A DNA stretch of 44,234 nucleotides, from the sequence record OZ035734.1; one strand, 5' to 3'. The stretch is from Kagunavirus NRG857CP3. The notes beneath the pieces are model-generated. The model made no database searches. It had not been told where the DNA came from and saw only the letters and a list, made by a program, of their open reading frames with translations. The translations under genes were made by a program, and so were the position numbers. This document shows, in pieces, positions 26,724 through 35,791 of this stretch (positions are counted from its first letter, which is position 1; every line of letters starts with the position of its first letter).

Positions 26724-26914
26724 TCCTTAACGTAGAGTACCAATTCCTTACGCCCGAACGCCGTAACGTTACCCGTTACGTCTTCAATTACCAGTTTACC
26801 GTTCGACTCGACGAACACCGTATCAACGGCAACAGGGCGACGGGTCTTAACGTTGAAAATCATGTCGCCAGGAACGATGTCACGTGCTGGTTTGCGGTCA
26901 TATTCGTGTTTCAT
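26720..26914 (-). CDS. hypothetical protein
   Basis: 64 aa, first gene after promoter 26948..26976. Confidence 0.4.
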   Translation of the reverse strand: MKHEYDRKPARDIVPGDMIFNVKTRRPVAVDTVFVESNGKLVIEDVTGNVTAFGRKELVLYVKD

Positions 26915-26944
26915 TTCTCAATTCCTTATATTGTTGGTGTGTGA

Positions 26945-27232
26945 CTAACTATAATAGTTCGCTATTAGGTCGTCAACCTGTTTAAACGAACCAACGACAA
27001 AAACATTCGCGCCGCGTTTACGCATCCGCGCATGCTCACGTAACTGGTGCGGGTCTGGCTTCGTGTTTTCGTCTTTCTTAACCTCAACGAACCAGACGAT
27101 GCCGCCGGGGAGAATTACCAGCAGGTCAGGAGCGCCCACTCTATTTTCGTAGGAAAGTTTACGAACGAGGCCCCCCAGGGCCTCGAATCGGTCTTTAGCG
27201 TATTTCTGCACACGCCCCTCAGGCGTACTCAT
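26945..27232 (-). CDS. VRR-NUC domain nuclease
   Basis: PD-(D/E)XK-type motif PDLLVIL...VEVKK. Confidence 0.7.
   Translation of the reverse strand: MSTPEGRVQKYAKDRFEALGGLVRKLSYENRVGAPDLLVILPGGIVWFVEVKKDENTKPDPHQLREHARMRKRGANVFVVGSFKQVDDLIANYYS
26948..26976 (-). promoter_or_regulatory. sigma70 promoter TTGACG-N17-TATAGT with spacer inverted repeat AATAG-CGAA-CTATT
   Basis: Consensus-like boxes read from minus strand; leader ACACCAACAA. Confidence 0.65.
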
Positions 27233-27317
27233 CTACGCACCCCTCACGTTTCGTATGCTCAACCCCGCAGCGCGGACAGATTAGGCAGTCTTCTTCGTAG
27301 AACCAGTAAATTTTCAT
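27219..27317 (-). CDS. small Cys-rich ORF (32 aa, CxxCxxC, possible zinc ribbon)
   Basis: Found by reading; overlaps VRR-NUC start; coordinates approximate. Confidence 0.2.
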   Translation of the reverse strand: MKIYWFYEEDCLICPRCGVEHTKREGCVDEYA

Positions 27318-27445
27318 TCAAGCACCCACAGATAAATCGCGATGAACATACCTAATACGGCGACCATCATGCCGTATTGGCCCTCGTGACAGTAGACACC
27401 GGCGGCAAACCCCGCCAGTACCGCAATACTCAGTTTACTTAGCAT
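27314..27445 (-). CDS. small hydrophobic ORF (43 aa, predicted membrane peptide)
   Basis: Found by reading; overlaps 3' end of polymerase gene; coordinates approximate. Confidence 0.2.
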   Translation of the reverse strand: MLSKLSIAVLAGFAAGVYCHEGQYGMMVAVLGMFIAIYLWVLE

Positions 27446-29687
27446 AACGCTTCATCTCCGCACCTTCCGCGACAAGAGGGAAGCCTTCTGCCCATTCCGG
27501 TAATTCGCACATCAATCGCCCCAGTTCAGCTACATTGTATTCCGGTAAATCCGGTGTCTCGCAGATAATTTCGTCATGTACGTGAAGCACAATCGGATAG
27601 CCGTTTGCTTCGACGTTCAGCAGCGCATTAGCCAGCAAATCACGGCACAGCGCCTGCGTGCAGTTTTCCACCAGTTTACCGGAGTAGGTGTACTGGAACC
27701 CCCACTGACGGGTTAACTGGTTTTCACCCTGGTACTTGATGCGCACGTTAGTTGACACCTTTCCATCTTCGTCTGTCTCTTTCGACACGCTTAACCCGAT
27801 GCCCGGGTAAGACATAACGCGACCCGACGGCAACGTCATGCGCAACCACCAACCAGCGACTTTGTTGCCGTTGTTGTCTGTCTCCACGTTACGCGAAAAC
27901 TTGACCCCCCGCGGCCCTGCAGTAAACTCTTTGCCAGGATTTCGGATAGCCGCCATTGCCGCGTCTTCAATATCCCGCCAGAAAGCTACGGTTTCCGGGT
28001 GGGACTCGCGCCACATACGCTTGATAGCGTCACAGGTACGCCACACTTTCTTATCAAGAATATACGAGGGTCTGTCATCCTTTTCGCCAGGACGTGGGGG
28101 GCGCTTAGCCTCCTGAATACGCGCCCACTCGTATCCGCGTGCGGTAGCAGCCCATATATGGTCAGGGAATGTCCCTTCCATTGTTTTTGCCATATCAACA
28201 AGGTTTAAGCCGAGGTTCTTAGCAAACTGAACGAAAGCACCGACACCGCCCGCGTAGCCGAGGCCCAATTCACAGGCTTTACCAATCTGGCGTAGGTCAC
28301 TACGGCTTTCGAGAATGTAATCAGGGTCCATGCCGAACATCTTACCCGCCGTTACGCAGTAAATATCCAATCCAGCACGGAAGGTATCCAGCGCGGTTTC
28401 TTCACCAGCAAGCCACGCAAGCCCACGGCCTTCGACGTTAGAGTAATCGGCGACGACAAACTTATGTCCGGATTCCGGTATGATGCAGCTACGCACCGTA
28501 GATGCCGTTAGTTTGGCTACATCAAAACGGCGATGTGCACGGCCTTTAAACAACAGGTCGATTCCGTAGGACAATGGGTGTGTTACTCGCCACCAGTCCT
28601 TCTCTGACATCCAGTCATAACGTACTTTCTTCTTTTTATTCTTCGGGTCGTCGTGATAGTACCCGCGCGCGAGGTTCTGCGGCTGGAAGCCTTTACCAGC
28701 AAATCGTAACGTACGCTTAGCTCCACCGTACTGGATGCAACCACGACGGCGGTCGTCAGACGAGCGGCCCAACAGCAGCGGGTTATATTTCGTTGACGCC
28801 GTGGACGCGGCCCCGAGGCGCATTTCGATAATCGTGCGGGCATCGTCAGGTAAATCATCGTCCGCCAACAAGTCATTCAGCGTTGACTTCTGTGCGTTGT
28901 GGATCCGGTGCGCAGGCGCAAGTTCACGCAGAATAGGCAGGAAATCTTTACCAGTAAGCGACCCGCCGTATTTGCGCTGGGCTTCCTCCTGTAACTGTGC
29001 CTTGTGCTTCTCCACGGCTTCAATCGCGGCTTCCGCCAGCGCGACGTCAACCTTAAACCCACGGTCGTTGATTAACTGGTCCAGTTCCAGTACGCGGTCC
29101 TCGAACTCGGAGTTACCCCAACGCGGTAGCTTATGGAATACTTCTCGCATCGCAGTGATGTCGCTCACGGCGTACTTGATAAACAAAGCCCACTCGTCTG
29201 GGTGTGTTTCGGCGGTGTAACGGCGGATTTTGTAGTTCTTCGGTGTCGGTTTAGAGAAACGCTTAATCAGTGCCTTGCCGCGTTTATCTTTCGCGTTGTC
29301 GGCGGATACGCCAAACACTTCGCACAATGCGTCAAGTGAACCCGGCAGCGCGTGACGAAACGCCCAAATCATCGTATCAATGGTGTTGCTTACAGGAATA
29401 TCAAAGCCCCAGCAATGTTTCATGATGAGACGATCGAACATTGAGCCGTTGTGCCACACCATCTTGATGCGACTGTTCGGTTTCACCAGACGGCGTAACG
29501 CGCGGTGCAAATCTCCCGGCATGTCGCTGCCGTCGGTGCAATCCCATACCTGTACAGGCTCGTCGTCAAAGGCATATGTGCAGATAAGCACTTCGGTTGA
29601 CGGGTGTTCGGCGTAAGCATAGGAACCGACTTTCTTTAAATCGATGTCGCTGTAGGTTTCAAAGTCTAAGAAGAGTAATTCTGGCAT
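27435..29687 (-). CDS. DNA polymerase I family (family A) with N-terminal 3'-5' exonuclease domain
   Basis: Exo I motif LFLDFETYS at N-terminus; 750 aa; C-terminal HVHDEI-type block. Confidence 0.85.
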   Translation of the reverse strand: MPELLFLDFETYSDIDLKKVGSYAYAEHPSTEVLICTYAFDDEPVQVWDCTDGSDMPGDLHRALRRLVKPNSRIKMVWHNGSMFDRLIMKHCWGFDIPVSNTIDTMIWAFRHALPGSLDALCEVFGVSADNAKDKRGKALIKRFSKPTPKNYKIRRYTAETHPDEWALFIKYAVSDITAMREVFHKLPRWGNSEFEDRVLELDQLINDRGFKVDVALAEAAIEAVEKHKAQLQEEAQRKYGGSLTGKDFLPILRELAPAHRIHNAQKSTLNDLLADDDLPDDARTIIEMRLGAASTASTKYNPLLLGRSSDDRRRGCIQYGGAKRTLRFAGKGFQPQNLARGYYHDDPKNKKKKVRYDWMSEKDWWRVTHPLSYGIDLLFKGRAHRRFDVAKLTASTVRSCIIPESGHKFVVADYSNVEGRGLAWLAGEETALDTFRAGLDIYCVTAGKMFGMDPDYILESRSDLRQIGKACELGLGYAGGVGAFVQFAKNLGLNLVDMAKTMEGTFPDHIWAATARGYEWARIQEAKRPPRPGEKDDRPSYILDKKVWRTCDAIKRMWRESHPETVAFWRDIEDAAMAAIRNPGKEFTAGPRGVKFSRNVETDNNGNKVAGWWLRMTLPSGRVMSYPGIGLSVSKETDEDGKVSTNVRIKYQGENQLTRQWGFQYTYSGKLVENCTQALCRDLLANALLNVEANGYPIVLHVHDEIICETPDLPEYNVAELGRLMCELPEWAEGFPLVAEGAEMKRYAK

Positions 29688-29703
29688 ATTATTTTCGACC
29701 CTT

Positions 29704-29732
29704 AGTAAAAAGGCCCAATGAAGGGCCTTAGT
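29704..29732 (-). terminator. intrinsic terminator on minus strand (AAGGCCC-TTCATTG-GGCCTTTTT)
   Basis: Stem-loop plus U tract downstream of SSB-like gene, upstream of polymerase start. Confidence 0.55.
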
Positions 29733-29748
29733 TAAATTGATTCAGATA

Positions 29749-30375
29749 TTAGCGGCGGCGACGTTCGCGGCGCGGTGCTTCATCTTCTTCGTCGTCTTCA
29801 AGGTCGTCGACACTTGCCGCGACGTTAGAACCGCCAAACGCTTTACCTTCGCCGACGTATTTAATCGCCAGCAGGTTAACACCGAGGACTTTGTATTTCT
29901 GGCTGAACCAGATTTCAACGCTTACGTTAGCGACGCAGCCGCTGTAAACCTGTTCACCTTCAATCTGTTCGCCGTCTACATTGAAGTCCTGCTCTACCTG
30001 AGTCTCACCTTTTTTAGAGGTTACAATCAGTGGCTGTTTCTGTGCCTTAGCCTTGAAGTAGAAGCCTTCCGGGAAGTCTTCAAACGGATTGTCGCGCTCT
30101 GCGATATCTTTAATTGCACATTTATCCATGTGCTTACCTTCGCCGTAGTTAGACTTCATCCACTTCTCGGCAGCAGCGGCTCCTAACGCTTCTTCAACTA
30201 CCGCGTAAACAGTGTCGTAGAGCGCATCGATTTGAGCATGGTCAGACGGCAGGATAATAGTTGCGCTGTACTGGCCTTTAGTGATTGAGCCATCATCGTT
30301 TTCACGGTCTTTTTCGCGTTCAAATACGTTAACCCATGCAGTGTTTACTTTACGCAGATTTAATTTCAGTCCCAT
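29749..30375 (-). CDS. putative ssDNA-binding protein (DUF2815-like), acidic C-terminal tail
   Basis: Acidic C-terminus DDLEDDEEDE then basic RRERRRR; paired with Cas4-like nuclease upstream (recalled family association). Confidence 0.4.
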   Translation of the reverse strand: MGLKLNLRKVNTAWVNVFEREKDRENDDGSITKGQYSATIILPSDHAQIDALYDTVYAVVEEALGAAAAEKWMKSNYGEGKHMDKCAIKDIAERDNPFEDFPEGFYFKAKAQKQPLIVTSKKGETQVEQDFNVDGEQIEGEQVYSGCVANVSVEIWFSQKYKVLGVNLLAIKYVGEGKAFGGSNVAASVDDLEDDEEDEAPRRERRRR

Positions 30376-30429
30376 CTTGATTTCTCGCTTTTCAGTTTAC
30401 TCCGGGAAGCTGCCCGGCCAGTGATTAGA

Positions 30430-30458
30430 ACTATAATAGTTAACTATTCAGGTGTCAA
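30430..30458 (-). promoter_or_regulatory. sigma70 promoter TTGACA-N17-TATAGT with perfect spacer palindrome AATAGTTAACTATT
   Basis: Consensus -35, near-consensus -10, 17-bp spacer. Confidence 0.7.
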
Positions 30459-30462
30459 CACT

Positions 30463-31719
30463 TTATTCCAGATCTTCTTCACTAACCTGATTCCACTCAG
30501 GACGTTTGTCGTCTGCCGTTGCGACACATGGCGCTCCGGGCTTACGAGTGATGAAGTCTTTCAGCTCTTCTTCCGGCACAACTTTAACAGCTTCGGTTGG
30601 CGTCATGAGCACTTCTTTAGTTAGCTTGTCGCCGTAGAGTTCTGCCACTTTCCCCGCGTCTTTCCACGCACGGTTGCCCATCTTACCTTCGACCAGCTTA
30701 TACCCCGGCACTTTCTTGCCAGAATGCAACGCGGCGGACATCGCTTTTTCAACCTTGTCAATGTGCTGGCGTAACAACGGCAGCTTCTCATACTCGGCGA
30801 CGAGTTGCCCTGGTGTCAGTTCCAGCGCAAAGTCGTCCTCCAGTTCCTCTGCCAGTACAGAATTAACCGTCTTCGTTCTGGCAGCGCACTGTTCTGAGAA
30901 CCTACACCACTGACAGCCATCGACCGACGGCTTAAAGTCTGACGCTTTCAGGTTCTTCTTACCACGGAAGTACGCGTCGAGTGCTAACAGTGCACGTTTC
31001 TGTGCGAACTTAGCGAACAGTTCCAGGCCTTCAACCGAGATGTCCCACTCCGACGCACCACCAGCGTACGGCTGGAAGATGACCAGACGAACAGTTGTTA
31101 TGTTATAACGTCTCTTGAGTCGGCGATAAACACCGAGAGCATAAAGCATAAGCTGCTTGTTTTCTTTCGCTTCGACACGATGCCGTCCGGTTTTCAGGTC
31201 GCCGATGATAAGCATGTGCTCGTCAGTGTTCGCCATCTCCTGAACGGCAACAAGGTCGGCGGTTCCGAACGTCTCAACGCCTTCATGACCCGGATGCAAT
31301 ACCTCAGTAAGATTGACACGCATCTCGAGCTTGGCATAAGTCGCAACGTCTATAATCGCTTTGCAGTAGTCGGTGTACTTGCGCACCTGCTCAATCATGT
31401 CCGCCGTAATCAGTACCGCGCCTTTCATCGGACTGATTAGTGCCTTAATCTGGCCTTTACCCTCATCCAGCACGTAAGCGCCGACTTCACGCTCTAACGG
31501 CAGCGCAGTACCTTTGATGTACTGGTTAAGGTGCATCTCAGCTATCGTGTGCATAGCTGTGCCTAATACCGCAGCTTTACCGGACGTGTTGGGAATATCT
31601 TTTTCACAGGCCAGTGACGCAGCACAGCTAAGCCACTTTTTAGCACCTGACGGTGACAGCAGGGCGTGCACATCGTTATTGCCGCCGCGTTCCTTTAAAA
31701 TCATACCCTGTTCTCCCAC
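30463..31719 (-). CDS. PD-(D/E)XK exonuclease, Cas4/RecB-like (DUF2800-like) with C-terminal Cys cluster
   Basis: C-terminal CQWCRFSEQC plus upstream Cys; nuclease-type motifs. Confidence 0.6.
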   Translation of the reverse strand: MGEQGMILKERGGNNDVHALLSPSGAKKWLSCAASLACEKDIPNTSGKAAVLGTAMHTIAEMHLNQYIKGTALPLEREVGAYVLDEGKGQIKALISPMKGAVLITADMIEQVRKYTDYCKAIIDVATYAKLEMRVNLTEVLHPGHEGVETFGTADLVAVQEMANTDEHMLIIGDLKTGRHRVEAKENKQLMLYALGVYRRLKRRYNITTVRLVIFQPYAGGASEWDISVEGLELFAKFAQKRALLALDAYFRGKKNLKASDFKPSVDGCQWCRFSEQCAARTKTVNSVLAEELEDDFALELTPGQLVAEYEKLPLLRQHIDKVEKAMSAALHSGKKVPGYKLVEGKMGNRAWKDAGKVAELYGDKLTKEVLMTPTEAVKVVPEEELKDFITRKPGAPCVATADDKRPEWNQVSEEDLE

Positions 31720-31973
31720 TGGTCAATCATATGTCGTGTCTTATGTTCGCAGTGCATAGCCCAGCCATACATCGACTCGAAGACATAAAAGTCAGGTTTG
31801 GCGAATGTAGTGCGCTTAATCTGCGACACGTGACGGCCCATATCTTTAGGCTGTGGTACTTTGCCTAAATAGGCCGTCTCTTCCATCTGGTGCGCACCGG
31901 ACGGCGCACGCAATAGCCATAGCGCCTCCGTGTTATCCCTCCGGTCGACGGCGCGGTAGAGTTGGTAAATCAT
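31701..31973 (-). CDS. hypothetical protein
   Basis: 90 aa ORF overlapping exonuclease start. Confidence 0.4.
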   Translation of the reverse strand: MIYQLYRAVDRRDNTEALWLLRAPSGAHQMEETAYLGKVPQPKDMGRHVSQIKRTTFAKPDFYVFESMYGWAMHCEHKTRHMIDQWENRV

Positions 31974-31987
31974 ATTTCCGACCCTCA

Positions 31988-32010
31988 GTTAAAGCGGCCC
32001 GAAGGCCGCG
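31988..32010 (-). terminator. stem-loop GCGGCC-CGAA-GGCCGC (weak terminator / attenuator)
   Basis: GC hairpin with short U run on minus strand. Confidence 0.3.
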
Positions 32011-32016
32011 AGATAG

Positions 32017-32514
32017 TTATTCTTCTTCGAAATACTTGTTCTTGATTGCCGTCAGGCGTTCCAGGTATTCAACAAGGTCTTCGTCTTTAATCGCGGCAAT
32101 CTTCATCTTCTTACCGGTGAACTCTTCCAGCAGTTCATCAGAATCGTCGCACGCGGCATCGCTCGGGCCTTCGTTAATCGCATCGTCGATAGCCTGAATC
32201 TGGTCACGCAGAGACTGGTAATCAATCATCTCGTCTACCTGCTCTGGTGTTACGGTTTCCTCTACTTTAGGTTTACGCGGCTTGCGTTTTGGCTTCTCTT
32301 CTTCTGCCGGTTTAGTGTCAACGATGCCTTCACCTTCGACCGGGATTTCTTTTGTTTTCTCGATTGTTGCGGTTTCTGCAACACCACTGTCGACGTCTTT
32401 ACCATATGGCGCAGTGATAGCCTTCGGCAGTTCAGTACGGCGTGCGCTGTTCGCAGCAATCAGTTCGTGTGCAACTACGAAACGTTCCAGTAATACTAAG
32501 AATTTCTCTAACAT
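32017..32514 (-). CDS. acidic hypothetical protein, first gene of leftward early operon
   Basis: About 24 percent D+E, acidic C-terminal half; directly downstream of consensus promoter. Confidence 0.5.
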   Translation of the reverse strand: MLEKFLVLLERFVVAHELIAANSARRTELPKAITAPYGKDVDSGVAETATIEKTKEIPVEGEGIVDTKPAEEEKPKRKPRKPKVEETVTPEQVDEMIDYQSLRDQIQAIDDAINEGPSDAACDDSDELLEEFTGKKMKIAAIKDEDLVEYLERLTAIKNKYFEEE

Positions 32515-32535
32515 TTGTTTCTCTCCTCTCGTTTG

Positions 32536-32564
32536 GTATGGGCTAACTATAATAGCGAACTATT
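32536..32564 (-). promoter_or_regulatory. sigma70 promoter TTGACA-N17-TATAGT with spacer inverted repeat AATAG-TTCG-CTATT
   Basis: Consensus boxes; leader AAACGAGAGGAGAGA. Confidence 0.7.
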
Positions 32565-32590
32565 CACATGTCAATGGGCTTTTCTAAAAT

Positions 32591-32620
32591 AATTAATATG
32601 GTACTATTCACATATCAACT
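32591..32620 (-). promoter_or_regulatory. second copy of TTGATATGTGAATAGTAC element (weak tandem promoter or operator repeat)
   Basis: Direct repeat of ACTATTCACAT(G/A)TCAA about 50 bp from first copy; -10 poor. Confidence 0.3.
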
Positions 32621-32638
32621 GACTAAGGAGTAATTGAC

Positions 32639-32854
32639 ATGCAACCATCTGAACTAGGCATCCGTGTAGAACAACGCCGTAAAGAACTCGGCATCTCCCA
32701 GCGCCGTCTGGCTGTCCTGACCGGAGTTTCCCAGGGCGCAATTAACCAGCTGGCACTCGGCGTAACTCAGGACGTCCGCCCGGCAACGCTGTTTAAACTG
32801 GCGGAAGTGCTGGAAGTAGACGCCAAGTGGCTGGCGTTTGGTGAAGGGGCTTAA
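32639..32854 (+). CDS. XRE-family helix-turn-helix transcriptional regulator (Cro/CI-like)
   Basis: HTH signature ISQRRLAVLTGVSQGAINQL; RBS AAGGAG. Confidence 0.8.
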   Translation: MQPSELGIRVEQRRKELGISQRRLAVLTGVSQGAINQLALGVTQDVRPATLFKLAEVLEVDAKWLAFGEGA

Positions 32855-32870
32855 TGCCCCTTTCTTTTTA
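32845..32870 (+). terminator. intrinsic terminator (AGGGGC-TTAAT-GCCCCT + TTTCTTTTT)
   Basis: Stem-loop and U tract overlapping the stop of the XRE gene. Confidence 0.6.
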
Positions 32871-33182
32871 TTGCAACTTATCAAGTTCTTCCAAATTCTT
32901 AATCGTGTGTTGCACATTCAGGTACTGAATCCAGGCAAAAAGCCATACGCTCACCGGAAAACTAACCACGGCAGCCGTTCTGAAAACAATGTGGATAGTG
33001 CACGCTATAATCTCCTTTACCGTCATATTCAGAACGTGGCGCAATTCTGCAACTTCCTCTAACGCTAGCTTGCAAGCAGGCCACCATTGGTTTGCTACGC
33101 AGGAAACGCATGTCAGGTATGTCGGGCGGTACCCCGACCTCACTGCTTTAAACGGGTTATCTATAAAATCGTAAATATTCAT
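32868..33182 (-). CDS. hypothetical protein (hydrophobic C-terminus)
   Basis: 104 aa ORF overlapping primase-helicase stop. Confidence 0.4.
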   Translation of the reverse strand: MNIYDFIDNPFKAVRSGYRPTYLTCVSCVANQWWPACKLALEEVAELRHVLNMTVKEIIACTIHIVFRTAAVVSFPVSVWLFAWIQYLNVQHTIKNLEELDKLQ

Positions 33183-35443
33183 TCCAAATCCTCCTCTGTC
33201 ACTGTCAACATTTCATTCGGTTCGTATATTGTCTTCGGAATCTTGTTATCCGTTATTCGGGTGTTCAGCCTGTAACGGCCAGGGATTATCTGATTGTTTT
33301 CGTCAGTCCCCGGAACAAGATACCCCGCCTCAACCATTTTCTTAATCTTCCCGCGTTCTATGGCTTCTTTGGAGTTGAACGCCTTTGCGTTGGGGTCGGA
33401 CTGTGCCAGCTTATTCGCTGCGGCTACCGTGATGCCTTCGTTGCCGTTGTAGGTTCCTTCCGCCAGCTCAAACGCTGCCAGTATCGTGGCTTCCGAATTG
33501 TTGACGGCGTTCTCTACGGTTTTACGTACGTTTTCTTTACCTTCCTTTGTCAGCCCTTCTTCCCGCTCTTTCTCCTCGTCGGTCTTGAACGGCTCGAAGC
33601 CCCACGGCATCAACACAAGCGCCTTGTGCGGTTCAGGCAGGTCGAGGTTAACGATTGTGCCATACTCCTCTGTGCTACCCAGGAACTCAACCGCGCGGTA
33701 CTCTTTCGGCGGCGGGGCTTCACGAAACTGTACCGACTCCAGCACCATACCAATCGTTTTCTGTTGCGGCCCGTGCTTAAATTTAGTGTGTGACACGTTA
33801 ATCTGGCGGTCGGTTGCACGCTCGATTGTCAGCTCCACATCGACACCCGCATACAATGCACCGCTGCCACGGGCTTTCTTTCCACCTTTCGGTGTGTGAT
33901 GGACTACACCAACGGCGGCTTTAGTCGCGTCGCGAACTTCTTTCAGGATGGCGATAACCTTACCCATACCGATTGCCGTTGATGAACTGTTCTCGTCGAA
34001 CTTATCGATGGTCAGGGCCAGCGTCTGGTTAAGGGTGTCAAATGCGACCATACCGATTGGATCATCGCCCGCGGTTTCGCGCATTAACTTAATCAGGCTT
34101 TTCAGTTTGCCGACTTCACCCATATCGATAAGGTGGATGTAGTTCTTTCCTTCCTCGCCGTATTTAGCCGCGAGTGCGTCGATACGTGTGCGTGTAGCCG
34201 CACCGCCTTCACCGTCGATATAAAAGTGATGGCAGCGCTGTGTATCAGCGCCCGCAAACCGATATCCGGCAGCGCTCAGGTACATCATGCCCAGGGTGTA
34301 GAAAGACTTATACGTGCCGGACTCTCCGACAATATCCCATATACAATCTGACGGCATGTAGCCTTCGACGACGAAATCGGCCTTTACAGGTTCCGGTAAC
34401 TCGTCTTCCTCAGAGTCGTCATCCTCCAGGTCGTCGAGGCTACATTCGACCGTCTCACGCGCACCCCAGCCGATGGCCTCAGCAACTTCACTGAACGGCA
34501 GCCCGGTCGCTTCGCAGGCGTATTTCCACACCTCTTTCGGCGACATGCCCTCTGTTGCCGTCAGGTCGGTGTCGTGAATCATGGTTACGTTAGGTGCGGC
34601 GTACCCCTCGCGCGGGAAGCACAGCAGGAAATCATCCGGGCGCGGTGTCGGGTCGCTGTAGTTCTCAGCGTGCTCAGGCGTCGCGGGCATCTTCAGACCG
34701 CGTGGCGTAATGACACCACCATACTCAAACGCCAGTGCTTCGAACGCGTCCGTAAACGCTGTGCGCAGTTCTTCCGGTATCTGGTAGTCGGATGCGCTGC
34801 TTACCTCGTAATCCGGGACTCCTTCCAGCAGACGGTCTGGGTCAATCAGGTCATTGCGGCGTGACCAGACGACCTCAGAGTTAACTGGTGGCAGGTACAT
34901 CGGCTGGGACAGGGTAAACCCGCTGCGGTCAGCACCCATGCCTTTAAAGAAATGCTCCAGCAGCCCGTGACGAACGCGGATGATATCACCGCCTTCTACC
35001 GGGCGCGCCAGCGGCATAACGACACGGAAACGCGGTGATTCGTCGGTGTGCGATGCCGTGGTGTACAGGCACATCGCTACACGGCTACGTTTAACCAGCC
35101 GCACGGCTTCCTGATACTCTTCGGGCGTCGCGCTGTCGAAATCCAGATAAGCCAGCGACGATTTGCTTACGGACGCATCACAGCGGTAGAAGAAGCCCCG
35201 GCGCGCCTGTTTAAACTCGCCTGTTTCCGGGTCTTTCACAGTGCTATGTGTTGAATCGCACGCAGCGGTAATGTAACCAGGCGCGGTCTTTGGGTTAACC
35301 CCGTCACGAACGGCGTCAAGTGGCTGGATTAACTCTTTCAGGTCGTCCAGTGTTGCCGTGTGGGTGGTTCTGACGTTTATATCCTTTTTCTCCGCCCGCG
35401 CGTTGCGACGGGACCACGAATAGGATAAAATTACATCGGACAT
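33179..35443 (-). CDS. primase-polymerase / RecA-like helicase fusion (replicative primase-helicase)
   Basis: 754 aa; central P-loop block GESGTYKS and RecA-like helicase motifs. Confidence 0.6.
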   Translation of the reverse strand: MSDVILSYSWSRRNARAEKKDINVRTTHTATLDDLKELIQPLDAVRDGVNPKTAPGYITAACDSTHSTVKDPETGEFKQARRGFFYRCDASVSKSSLAYLDFDSATPEEYQEAVRLVKRSRVAMCLYTTASHTDESPRFRVVMPLARPVEGGDIIRVRHGLLEHFFKGMGADRSGFTLSQPMYLPPVNSEVVWSRRNDLIDPDRLLEGVPDYEVSSASDYQIPEELRTAFTDAFEALAFEYGGVITPRGLKMPATPEHAENYSDPTPRPDDFLLCFPREGYAAPNVTMIHDTDLTATEGMSPKEVWKYACEATGLPFSEVAEAIGWGARETVECSLDDLEDDDSEEDELPEPVKADFVVEGYMPSDCIWDIVGESGTYKSFYTLGMMYLSAAGYRFAGADTQRCHHFYIDGEGGAATRTRIDALAAKYGEEGKNYIHLIDMGEVGKLKSLIKLMRETAGDDPIGMVAFDTLNQTLALTIDKFDENSSSTAIGMGKVIAILKEVRDATKAAVGVVHHTPKGGKKARGSGALYAGVDVELTIERATDRQINVSHTKFKHGPQQKTIGMVLESVQFREAPPPKEYRAVEFLGSTEEYGTIVNLDLPEPHKALVLMPWGFEPFKTDEEKEREEGLTKEGKENVRKTVENAVNNSEATILAAFELAEGTYNGNEGITVAAANKLAQSDPNAKAFNSKEAIERGKIKKMVEAGYLVPGTDENNQIIPGRYRLNTRITDNKIPKTIYEPNEMLTVTEEDLE

Positions 35444-35500
35444 GTGTATATTCCTTCAGAAAGTAATTTGGCCTCGGCGTTCTAGCGTCGGGGCTTTCTT

Positions 35501-35791
35501 TTAACGTTTAGCCAGACATTCCATTAAATGTGAATATTTTCTGTAATAGCAAGGAACTAAATCACACCCAAAATAATGATAAACATAAGCCAAGTGGTCG
35601 GTAACATCTATAGCGGCCGACATTGTGTTAAGACGGCGAAGGCTAATCAACCGTAATTCTTCCGTAATGCAAAATGGTTCATACGTATCAAGTTTGCAAG
35701 AAACGTTAAAACACAGAGCATAGCCGTCTTGTGCGGAGTAGACCAGAAATGCGCTGTCGTTCTCTTTATCGTGAAAAATTACACCTTTCAT
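35501..35791 (-). CDS. hypothetical protein
   Basis: 96 aa, RBS AAGGAGA. Confidence 0.4.
   Translation of the reverse strand: MKGVIFHDKENDSAFLVYSAQDGYALCFNVSCKLDTYEPFCITEELRLISLRRLNTMSAAIDVTDHLAYVYHYFGCDLVPCYYRKYSHLMECLAKR

Noticed and set aside
33486-33899. 137 aa plus-strand ORF inside the primase-helicase gene
   Set aside because: Antisense to a long conserved gene; Ser/Arg-rich low-complexity translation; no RBS.
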